The translations under genes were made by a program, and so were the position numbers. Shown here piece by piece: positions 25,910-37,652 of a stretch of DNA of 57,160 nt. The stretch covers positions 1 through 57,160 of the forward strand of contig JALDTO010000114.1 in assembly GCA_023515725.1 (NCBI GenBank), given 5' to 3'. The stretch's first letter is position 1. Every line of letters begins with the position of its first letter. The DNA comes from Amoeboaphelidium protococcarum X5. Taxonomy: Eukaryota > Fungi > Aphelidiomycota. The notes below the pieces were generated by a model, which was not told the DNA's origin, did not search any database, and saw nothing but the letters and a program-made list of their open reading frames with translations.

Positions 25910-28900
25910 ATGAAGTCTGACAGCAAGTGGTCCTGGGTGAAGCAAGTTAATAGTCTTAATGGTATTTCGAATGAGCATGTCTTGATATCTTATGGACTTG
26001 ATGAGGAAGGTGGACGGTAATGTAAGAGTGTCTTTGGGATGGAATTGTAGTTAAGTGAGTTGGTTGCCGCGTAATATCTTGCCTCATGGTCAGAGTCGTC
26101 TTCTAATAATGCACCGCGTAATAGCAAAAATAAAGTCGATAAAGCTTTAGATGAAGCGGCAGATTTGAAGAATGCAATTAAAGAGATTAGGCGATAGATA
26201 TCCAATTAGAAGAGGCTATGTCAGAAGCATTGCGTCTCATCTAATCCCAGGTGTTTGAATGTTCTTGGGATGGAGAAGTGGCTGGATCGTGACAAGGCAC
26301 TGGAATAGTATTATGAAGTTAACTAATTATATGAACGTGAACCTGAACGTGCTCGTCTAACTCTTAGTCCAGTTGGTCTGCGTAATCTTGGTGCAACGTG
26401 CTATGTAAATGCATTTCTTCAGACATGGTACTTTGATTTGCAATTTAGAGGCGGAATATTTGGTATTTAGTCTCAGGATAAGGAATCTCCTATCTATCAG
26501 CTTTAGCTTTTGTTCGGACATCTCTCATTGTCTCAGCAGGCAGTTTATAATCCGGCGCACTTTGTATAGTCTCTAGGACTGAATATGGGCGAGTAGTAGG
26601 ATGCAAATGAGTTTTACAGACTCTTTGTGAGTTTATTGGAGAGATACATCGATACTCAGGTGATGGAAGGGAGAATAGCTTAGAACTTTCTGAGGTCGAG
26701 ATTTGGTGGCTAGTATGCTCATAGTACAGTGTGCTCTGCATGTGGTAATATATCTAGACGGGCGGAGGTGTTCACTCAGATTGAGTTGAATATCGTAAAG
26801 GCGAATGCGTCCATCTAGGATTGTCTTGCTGATTATTTGAAGCAGGAAATGCTCTGTGACGACAATTAATACTTCTGCTCAGTCTGTGAGGGGAAATAAG
26901 ATGCTACAAGGTTCACGGAGTTCCTAAATTTACCCGCTGTGCTGAACTTCTAGTTGCTGCGCTTTCAGATGGATTTTAGTCGTGGCGAACTCAGGAGAAA
27001 GAAGGTGACACATGCAGTCAAATTTCCTCTAGTTCTCGATATGGCAGAGTATGTGGATCGTAGCGGTGATGATCTCGAGTAGAAGCCTAATGTTTTGTAT
27101 TAATTGCATGCAGTTCTTCTTCATAAAGGAGAGTCTGCTTACAGTGGCCACTACATTGCTCATGTATATGATAGATTGAATGCGCGTTGGGTGAAGTGTA
27201 ATGATGAAGAGTGTGGGCCACTTCTTAGTAGTGGGACGAGGTCAATGTTTGATGTAAATGCTGATATTTTGGAGGACTCAAGTATCTCTTCATAATAGTC
27301 TACTTCTTAATAGACATATGATGACGATGGGAAGTTGTATTCCTCAAAGAACGCCTATATGTTGATTTATATCAGGCAAGATTAGATTTTTAGCGATGAA
27401 GATGCTTTTAATCAAGTTCCCTAATCGATTGCTGACAAGTGTCGTAGTGATAATTAAAGTTACGAGTAAAAGATTGCGACATTTAACGACTATAAAGCTA
27501 GTTTGGCAAAAAAATTTGAGGATTAAAGACGATTAAAGTTGGAATTTAGTAAGTTGGCAGACTTTAAACACTAAGACAAGTATGTTTTTATTCCCACGCA
27601 ATGGTTATAGAGTTGGCTGTCCATAAGTAAGTAAATTGATGATAGTAAATTTGAGGGTACATCTATAGAAATGTCATCATATCTGTGTCAGCATGGTAAA
27701 CTGGATCTTAGTAAAGTTGGTGATATGAAAATTGTGAGTGCATAGGCCGCAAATTTGCTTACTGAGTAAAAGATTGTTTTCAATCCTTTCAGTTTACGGT
27801 AGAATGAATGCTTGTGTTAAGAGTGTGTGAAAATTAAGTATTAGGAGTATAGAGCATAGTTTGAACATGATATCCAAGTCCAATGTGTCAGGCGGCTTAT
27901 AAAGCTGTTTGATTCTAGTAAAAAATATGATATTAATGAAGTTAGAGAGCAGATGAAAGATTTCGAGGTGTATGCTGACGTTATGCTACTACCACAGTTT
28001 ACCATAGACGGACCAGCTGTCTGGATCTCTCAAGACGTACTGTCGAAATGGCTTAGTGCTTAGACCCACGTCGATTTGGATCATTCATTGGTTGGTGGAG
28101 GCGGTGTTCTATGTTAACACGGTTAACTCAACAGCGATAAAAGCCGGCTTCGATTAGTACCTCATTCTGTATATCAGTTCTTTTAAGTGATTATGCCTGA
28201 TCTTTATAATTGTTTCCAAGATATTGACATTACTGAAAATGCTTAATCTTGTAGGACATGCACGAGAAATGATAGGAAATTATAGACCGAGCTGGATCAA
28301 GTGAAAGATTAGGCTGCAGAGGAGAAGCGAGAGCTAAAGTCGCTACTAACATCTTCGTACACTTTATCTGAACTCAGTCTGGCTGGATTAAAAGCATCTT
28401 ATCATCTTCTACCCGCCCAATTCGTGGAAGACTGGAGCAAGTTTGTTCGGCGACCTGATACTAATGAACGTCCTATTGTAGAATCGTACCCATCTCTGTT
28501 CTGTCCTCATAAAAGATTGAGATTTGATCCGAGTTTATTTGCTGGTTTGAAATCTGTAATCAGCTAGGAGACCGGATAGACTGCCTATTGGTGGTGGCGG
28601 AGTCAGCAGTAAAGTGGATCGACTATGGCTTTACGACCAAATTTGCCTCTTGTTAATCTTGATTCGTAAATATTGGTAAAGTACCCTCCATTCTCTGTAT
28701 GTTCTGAAGATGAATTTAAGAAATTGGTACAGTTTTATCCTGCTCTACATGACAACTCTTTTAAGTTCTCAATGTCATCTGTATTGGTGCATTATGAATA
28801 GACTGACTCAATCTCCAATGATACTCTGATGGCTAAGTATGATTCCAAAGATTCCTAGTCCTATGTTGACTTGTACTGTTAGACGTGTTGGAAGTAGCAT

Positions 28901-29668
28901 CTGCTAGAATTTGCCGGTAATGTGATTACTCTTTACTTTCAAGTACATCGGGGTAAGCCGGTGGAGGATATGCTGATGGAAGTTTCTTAGTATCGATTTG
29001 AAGATTCTCCTGTGCAATTGATTCCTTCAAATCCGTCTGATTAGAATACCTCAACCACCATCTCTGCCGTTAAACCCAAGCGAAAATCATCATACAGGGA
29101 TGTATGTTATATTGATGTGGGTAATGATGTAGATGATGAAATGCAGAAGCCAGCTGATAAACGTAAAAAGCTGAAAACTGCCGCCACTAGTAAAAATGCG
29201 TCAGTTGATGCAGATAAGTCGAAGCAATTGAAATTATCATTCTCATCATCTAGCCTGTAATCTCCTACAAAATCTGGCCGCCTCAAGTCCTCTGGTTTAA
29301 TTAAACTGCAATTTGATTTAGATAATACCGTCAGAGACCTTAAAGTTAAACTAATGAATTTGGTTGACGCGTCTCCGATTAATCAGCGCCTGTTTTTACT
29401 CGGCAAAGAACTAGAAGCCAATGAACGAACTCTGCGATCGTATGATGTTTTGGATTCTATGAAATTTGATGTACTGATTATTCCAGACAATGAGGAGCAT
29501 TCTGATTTTATTGCGACTGACTAGAATGGCATTCGATAATTATAAAAGAAGGAAAATGGCTTTTTGGGAACCGCTTTGGTTCAGTAATAGAACATGGACT
29601 ATAAACCTTCGACGCGTGAAACCATCTGCATTGCTGATTCTGATGATAACAATAATACAATTGCATGA
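25910..29668 (+). CDS. USP48: Ubiquitin-specific protease of the USP48 family
   Basis: N-terminal KWSWV...EHVLISYGL and NPRCLNVLG, Cys box [22 protein letters not shown], His box [22 protein letters not shown]-like CQHGK/CPH repeats, C-terminal Ubl (TVRDLK...[10 protein letters not shown]) and ENGFLGTAL. Confidence 0.88.
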
Positions 29669-29914
29669 TTATCTTTTATCGCTAATTGTCTTTAGTCTCA
29701 CGTTCATTATTTTGGTACATTATATTTCATTTTTTTGTGTGTATGATATTCAAGCACTGTGTTACATAATGTCATAAATTCGAGTTTGGAGTATACGAAC
29801 CTCTAGTGAAATTCCGATTGGAAACAAATGCGGAGCTACTTCTCACAACAGCGGCCCTCTGAAATTCACAAGCGATACGAGTATTACAATACATACATAC
29901 ATTCAACGCGAATT

Positions 29915-31644
29915 ATGAGGATTCCACCTACGCTACTTGCAGACAGCTATAAAGCTAGTCATTATGTACTCTACCCGAAAGCAGACAAGGTATCAATATC
30001 CTTCGAGTCCATTGCCTAATGTTAGTTTCACCCCAAAAAATGTAGATGTGCGCATATGGTGAATTTCGTCACTCTTACGAGAAGGATTAACGGGATCATC
30101 GCATGGTGTTCTATGGCATGCGTTACATTCTGGAGACTCATCTATCTACTCCATGGACTATGATAGATATTGAAGATGCAGAGAAGTTCTTCCACACGTT
30201 TGGTATAGGAAATAGTCAGCACCCGTTTCCTAAGCATTTATTCACGAAAATTGTCACGGAGCATGGTGGACACTTCCCCGTGAAGATCGAAGCGCTTCCT
30301 GAAGGTTCAGTGATTTATCCTCATATACCGGTATATTAAATCACGGCTGAAGGTGAATTCTCTCCTCTGGTCACATGGCTGGAAACTTTGATGACCATGC
30401 TCTGGTATCCGAGTACGGTGGCCACTCTCAGTCGACGCATTAGGACTGTGATTGAGAAGGCTTTCGCATAAAGTGTCGACTCTGATTAGCAGTTCCTTAT
30501 TGAGAGTAGACTACACGACTTTGGATTTCGTGGATGTACATGCGTGGAGTAGAGTGTAATTGGCGCTAGTGCCCATCTGCTGAACTTCTCCGGCACTGAT
30601 ACTATGAGTGGCGCTTATTACACTCAAATGTAGTTGAATGGTGGTTCGCCCGTCGCGTCATCCATACCAGCCACAGAGCATTCAGTTATGACTAGTTGGC
30701 CCTCGGAAAAGGTAAATTCCGTGTTTAGTGCTGTCTCATTACTTTTGAAGGATAATTGACGGAAGTTTTGGGGGACTGTAGGAGGCGCTTGTTAATCTTA
30801 TAAATTAGTATGGTGATGGAACGTTTGCTTGTGTTATGGACAGCTATGATTACGCCTTTGCACTGGAGAAGCTATTACCAGCTGTTGCATCAATTAAGAC
30901 ATCCAAAGGTGGTTTCCTCGTCCTCAGACCGGATAGCGGCGACCCTGTTGATACTGTGATCATGGCTTTACGGTATTTTATTGTCTGTTATATATTGTTA
31001 ATCACATCTCAATTGATATATGTAGTGCTGCGGATAAAGTGTTTGGCTCTACTACTAACAGTTTGGGATTCAAAGTTTTGCACGGATGTTCTGTTATTTA
31101 AGGAGACGGTGTTACGCATTAGGTGGTAGACCGAATTTTAGTCGCTTCTATGTATGTCGGATACAGTGCAAGTAATGTGGCCTTTGGGATGGGAAGTGGC
31201 TTGATGCAGCAGATTCATAGAGATACCATGAACTTTGCTACAAAACTTAACTACATCTAGTACAGTGACAAGGGAGATGATGTTGATCATGATTAGAATA
31301 ACGGCCGATCCGTGGACATTATGAAAATGCCAAAAACTAATTTGAGTAAAAGCTCGCTACCAGGTAGACTGGCTGTAATAAAAGACGAACAAAATGGATG
31401 CTTGCGTGTTACTCCTCTTGAAAACGCAAGTTAGGATGAGAACCAATTGAAAGTGGTGTATGATCACGGTAAGATGGCTCCATTCCCGAAATTCGATCAA
31501 GTTCGGTAGTCATTGCAGTAGCAGTGGTAAAATTTACCGCCAGTGCCTCCTTTTGATGTCAGAACTGACTCAATGCTGCGCAAGATTAACAAGGTATCCA
31601 GCGAACTCAATCAGCGGGCTTCTCAGATGAAGTTAGATGTCTGA
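29915..31644 (+). CDS. NAMPT: Nicotinamide phosphoribosyltransferase
   Basis: LADSYKASH, LWYPSTVAT, LHDFGFRG, SIPATEHS, LRPDSGDP, FGMGSGLMQ..HRDT. Introns at 29990-30045, 30712-30781 and 30973-31025. Confidence 0.88.
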
Positions 31645-31910
31645 CTTCGTTATCCGTTCATGTGCTAATTTGAATCAATCAGATGTCCTCTTCTGATAGC
31701 TATTATTCAATAAATTTATTCAATTGCAATTTGAATGAGTATTTATATTACGCTGTATCCGAGTATAAAATTAAGGTGATACTTTACAAAGACTTGTGAT
31801 CTAAATTGTGAAACATTTCAATCGCGACGTGAACGAAACTTTATCATTATCATCATCTTCTTCAATAGCACATCATCTACTTGAGAAAACTAAAACATAC
31901 CACTCAAAGA

Positions 31911-33069
31911 ATGAACAATCAGTCTATTCTATCCTAGTATGCTGACATACTGAACAATAAAAATCCAGCTCCTCCTCTGGAAGTTCCTTCTCCTTCCACA
32001 GCTGAACAGGAATCTGCACAAGAAACTGATAATGCAATAAATAATAATGATGATACTGCAGATATTAATAGTGAAGACGATGTGGAAATCGACCTCACTG
32101 AGAAACTGAGGCGACGGGTGAAGGCCAAGATTGTGGACGTTGAAAGTGTCCGTTAAAACTTTGAAACTATCATCAATGTTCCTGCAATAGTAGAGGATAG
32201 TGAACAGACGTGTATTATTGATTTTAGGAGAATGAATAAGCATTAAATACGAAAGTAACGTGGTATTCAGCAGCAGTAAGGAAGTGCGCGTCGGCCGGTC
32301 GCAAAAACTGTTGTCGATGCAAAGATTGTGGAATTCAGTCAACAAGACCGGCTTGGTGGTAAGAAGAAATCAAAATCACTGTCAAGACTAAAGAAATAGA
32401 GCTATATAATTAAAGATGATGATATTGGAGATTATGATTATGAAGATCCGTTTATTGATGATGAGCAAGACTTTTACCTGGAGCAGATGCTGCATCGACC
32501 GGAAGTTGAAGGCTATTTCGCATGGAAGGGAGCAGTTCCCACGCGTTTGATCAATGAAGATGAACTTCTAGAGTAAGTCTTGTTAACACTATGTTAGCAT
32601 ATTTATCTAACAATACGAAACTTGTTATTGTTATATATAATTCTATTGTAGAGGAGTGTCTTCTGATGATGAAGTGGACGGCGAACAGGCTGCAGATGGC
32701 GATCGAGGCGCGCGCGTTGATCCCGAAACGGCTCAGGCAAATAATGTGGACAATAGCAATAAGACTGATTCAAGTGCTAAGTCTACTCCAACCAAGGCGA
32801 AAAAGGCAAGGAAACCTCGGACTAATCAAGAACCAGGTGCAGATAGTAATAATAAGGATGGCACTGAAACTCCTAAAAAGAAGAGGCGAAGGAAGGAGAA
32901 GGTTACAACGACAGATGCCACTGTTGCTCCAGGCAATAATGCCACATCTATTCCTCCTAAAGACTAACAAAGTACTACCTCTATAAGTGCTGATGCGCCA
33001 CCGTAATAGCAATAATAACAATAGTAATAACCAGCGACATAAGAATTGCCCGAGTAGAATAAAGTATGA
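31911..33069 (+). CDS. HPC2/ubinuclein (HUN/HRD) domain protein, HIRA-complex-like
   Basis: GDYDYEDPFIDDEQ...EGYFAWKG matches the Hpc2-related domain. Intron 32573-32651, basic NLS-like PKKKRRRKEK, poly-Q tail, TGA 33067-33069. Confidence 0.75.
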
Positions 33070-33260
33070 TGCTGTTACCGTTATGATTACAGTACTGTTA
33101 AGATGGTGTCGTTCGTTTGGAACAAGGGCGATCGTGTCACGCTAGTTCATCTTTCTTGTTCTCCCTCAGTATTGTGGTATTTTCAAACACCATATCAGTA
33201 TCACCTCTTTATAATAATTTCCATCTAGGCTATTTCAGTATATAAAAAGATATTTTGTAA

Positions 33261-36200
33261 ATGTCAGATTAGAGGACTTTATAAAGAAATACTGCAAATA
33301 GGAATATTAAAGATGATCCGACTCTGAACAGATAGGCAGTATTGTCCAAACGTGTTGATTATCCTCTGCAGACATCATAACCGTTTAATAATAATCATCT
33401 CTAGACTGGAGTAGGCTCATAATTGGCATCAGATACTACTGCTAGAAATGCTGATTCACTCAAGTTTGGCTATGATACTGATACCATGGCTAGAGTGCTG
33501 AACAGAGAAGATGTTTAGAGCAAGTAGTAATAATAATCATCATCGAGAGAAGTGAATGGAGTTGTATCGCCATTATAGTCTATGTAGAGAGACAATTATC
33601 ATTTTGGCAAGTCTGGTGGTACTCCGGCTACTACTGGCAGAATATTGTCTTTGAAAAAGTCCGGCAATGCGTATAACGTGCAATCATTGTAAAATGAGCC
33701 TGATGATATTCAACTACCATCCACTACTGGACGGATACCAAAGCAGTATGACCAGTCCTTGGATCCCTCTCTAATGACCAAAATAGCAGCCACTTTGAAT
33801 AGAGTTAATATTGTAGTATAGTAGACATCCAACTAGGCAAAATCGGTATAGATGGGGAAGGCGCAGAAGTTGTAGATGGAGTAATTTGGAAGTTAACGTC
33901 AGCTTTAGGCTGCTGGATTATCCTCTATGATTGCTGATTAAACTACAAGGTAACAGCAATAGAACACTGAAATCGGTACTCACATTCCAACTAAAAGCTC
34001 TCACAATACGCATACTAAATATCCACCTAGCGCGAATGTGTAATTTGGTGCGGAGGATATGAAGAGAACCGCGGGATACAGAGTGCACGTTCCAATGGCT
34101 GATAATCTGGATTTTCCTGTTACTGTGGCTGCATCATCTGGTGCAGTGTAGAATGTATTGGATGGTGTTTCTGCCGGCTGGGAGTAGGAGGAATCTGAAT
34201 TATAGGCGGTGGCTTCCAGTTTTGAGTTGCAAAGTGTCCGACATTAATAGATCAACTCAAACATAAACGGTCAATCTGTGGAACAGTAGATCCCATCTTA
34301 TTACAATCCACCTAGTTAGCTTGTGGGTGATAAAAGCAAAACAAAGAAGCCCAGTAGATAAGTATTGTCTACAAAGGAAGTGAATATTTTAGTTCTATAC
34401 ACTGCCAGAATTGGTGACTTGGTATCATTGCGAAGCTTGACTGCTCCAGTGAAGGTTGATGTCAATACGACAGACGATGAAGGTCGGACGCCGTTAATAT
34501 TTGCTATTCTCGGTGGTCACCAGGAGTGTGTGTAGATGCTTATTGAACGCGGCGCTCTCATTCATCAGGCGGATTTTACTGGCCGTACTGCTTTGCATTG
34601 GGCGTCATATCACGGCGAGTCGCAGATTGTACATATGCTGCTCAAAGCTGGTGGAGATCCTACGATGATCGACAATTAGGGCCGTTCGTGTCTTCACTTG
34701 TCAATGTTCCCATCAGATTCGGATGTATCGTTGATTTTATTAAAGCGTAGTTCTGTGATGGAGAATCTGAATCAGTAGGATGATCTCGGTCTTACCAGTG
34801 CAATGCTCGCTGCATAGAATTCATCTTTTCATCAACTTCAGGCCCTCATATCTCGTGGCGCCAATCTACATCTTAAAGATAAACACGGTAAGACTGTCTT
34901 GCATCACTGCGCGGAGAATAAAGTTACTCATGGCGTGAAGCAGGTGCTGTCCGTGGCTCCAGAGCTGCTGAATAACAAGGACAATTATGGCCGCACCTGT
35001 CTACACCTGGCGTGTCTGGATGGTAATATTGCGATTGTCTATTATCTGCTGACCATAGACCAAGGCATAATAAACGAGAAGGATGACTCTGATCGAACTC
35101 CTCTTCACTGTGCTGCCATATCTGGTAAACCATCAGTCCTTAAACTTCTCACTGAGTTTGGAACCAAATTGAACAAGGGAGATAAACATTAAGCCACTGC
35201 GCTGCACTATGCCTGCTCTTAAAATCTGGTGGATTGTGTAAATGTTCTACTCCGAAAAGGTGCATCCACGTCAGTCAAGGACGGAGAGGGGCGATAGTGT
35301 TTGATTTGGGCAGCCATCAGAGGTCATTTCGATGTCATACGCTTGTTGTGCAGTACAGACTTGGACGTAAATGCTGCAGAAGATCATGGATTGACAGCTC
35401 TGCATTTCGCTGCTTACTCTGGTCACACTGCTTGTTGTATTTAGTTGATAAGGCGAGGAGCCAATGTGAATTGCACCGATTTCAAGAGCCATCCACCTTT
35501 ATTCAGAGCTGCTATGGCTGGACAGACTGAGACTGTAATTGCATTAATCAGTGAAGGTGCGGACGTTCTGATGACCGATATCGCTGGCAGGACTGCTCTA
35601 CACTGGTCGTGTTCCTCCGGGCACATTGATGTAGTGAATGCCCTGTTGGATTACATGTAAGACATCAATGTGAAAGATGCTCAAGGTGCCACCGGTCTGC
35701 ATGAAGCTGCATTTCATGGTAAGAGCGATGTTCTTTTACTGCTGATTAATAACGGTGCTAATGTGGATTGCGTTGATAAAAATGGCGTCACAGCGCTGCA
35801 TTGGGCCTCTGTTAATGGACACTTGAACTGCTGCAGACTCTTGTTGTAGAATGGAGCATTCATCAACTCCATGGTGGAAGATTAGGACCGCGATTCTCCA
35901 TTGGATTATGCTTATCTGAATAACAATTACGATGTCGCTCAGTTTCTCATTGACCAAGGTGCTTTACTAGCAGAAGAAATACTCTCAAGAGCTGCTCTTA
36001 TCATCCAAAAGGCTTGGCGACTACACAAAGGATACAAGATTAGACATTTAAAGCATCAAGGATTGAGATAGCATGACAATAATGCGACTGGAACATAATT
36101 TTAAAAAATGCTCAGAGGAGCTGTAGTATAGAAAAGAATAGTGTCATAATCAAGAAAGTTGTAGTCGCAGCAGTCGGCATTCCAAATCTCTTCGACGAAA

Positions 36201-36320
36201 GCCTCAAAGTACAATGATCCTGAAATGGCAAAGTAAAAGATTGCCACTCTGTCCCGGTAAATAGTAACATCTCCTCCATCTTCTGATCTGGATGATAACA
36301 CCAATTTATAACTGTAATGA
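33261..36320 (+). CDS. Inversin-like ankyrin-repeat protein with IQ motif
   Basis: Q-rich N-terminus, then a long ankyrin array (GRTPLIFA, GRTALHWA, GRTCLHLA, RTPLHCAA, GLTALHFA, GRTALHWS, GVTALHWA, SPLDYA), followed by IQ-like AALIIQKAWRLHKGYK. Single frame to TGA 36318-36320. Confidence 0.8.
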
Positions 36321-36388
36321 TATATTGAATGCATACAAATATTGATCATTTAATTGAAATTTTTCGATAGTATTAATCACAAGATTAC

Positions 36389-36930
36389 TCAGAGCACGTT
36401 CTTGTACATTTACTTTTAAGTGGCTACGTAGTCAATACGCTTCTATTTCAAGTCGCGCGCAGCATATATAATAGACTTGTCTCCTGGCACCAACTACACT
36501 CACGTCAGAAAGTTAATGGCATCTTAAAACTTTAGAATTGCAATATTGAATATGTCAATTATCCTACCTGAAGAGCCTTGTCGAGATAATGTTCTGATTC
36601 GTCAAAATTTCCTTACTTCATTGCGACGATACCCAGCCGATACAGACACTTTACATTATCAGGATCAAGCTCTAGGACTAGTTTACAATTGACCTCAGCA
36701 TCTGACCATTCACCCAACTTGATATACGTTGCAGCGAGATTAGAGCGAATAGAAATGAGAAGAGATCGCTCCTACTCTGATTAGAGATTTAGCTTAGCCA
36801 GTGCTTGAATGTAATGACACACAGCATCATGATAGTTTTACAACTCGAATGCTTCATTCCCACGTTTCTTCAAGTCTGATGAATCTAATGCATAATCTCC
36901 AACACCTTTAGTAGATTCGTTTGACTGCAT
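36389..36930 (-). CDS. Small TPR protein (FKBP/Cyp40-type Hsp90-binding TPR)
   Basis: LKKRGNEAF, IRSNLAATYIKL, LELDPDNVKCLYRLG. Intron 36494-36567 joins ALQ|LVPGDKSI...QKQMYKNVL*. Confidence 0.8.
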
Positions 36931-37055
36931 TAGTGTTGCGAGGTACAATTGGCTTGTTTTAATACCAGGCCAGATAAAAGTAAATCTCGGAGAAATAAGA
37001 TGTGGACGTTTTGGTCTTCATCGCTTCATGTCGTCAATTCTCGAGATATTTTTAT

Positions 37056-37547
37056 TCAAACCATTTACAGTCTAGAGCACATGGTCTAGTTGATAGTCCA
37101 TATGAGTTCTACGCCGTCCATCTTAGTATTGGTAGAGAAAAGTCTGATGAGAAAGAGGTAATCCTCTAACGCTGAAGATTGATATAAATTTGGACAAAAT
37201 TCTTCCTCATAGCTGCTCCTTAAATGCGCAATCAATACGTATTGCTCAAACTATTTACTTTCTGTCTGAGTGACGCAGCATTGAATGAGGGATGTCCGCT
37301 CATGGATCGCGCGTTGATCAACATGCGGATATATTGTCCCCATCGCCGCACGTAGCGAGTTGTCGAGCTCTATCGCGCTAACTACTCTCAGTCTGTAGAG
37401 AATAGTCTACACCATTGGTTGAATGAGTTTTACGCCGTCTTACCTAGTTTTGGTGAGGTAAAGTCGAGTGAGGATAGCATGTCCGCCAACGTTCAGTATT
37501 TAAAGCAGCAAAAGTCTGCGACGAGTCTGATCTACCAAGGTTGACAT
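37056..37547 (-). CDS. Hypothetical protein (163 aa)
   Basis: MSTLVDQTRRRLLLLQILNVGGHAILTRLY...MCSRLQMV*. The TGA overlaps an AATAAA, and the ORF fills the gap between THOC2 and the TPR gene. Confidence 0.55.
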
Positions 37548-37652
37548 TGTTCAAACAGGTTTACTTCAACATGCAAATCTGAAAACATTTCGTGGTTTTG
37601 TAATAATGTTTAATTTAATAATTTAATAGCGTATCACATGATAAATAAGATT

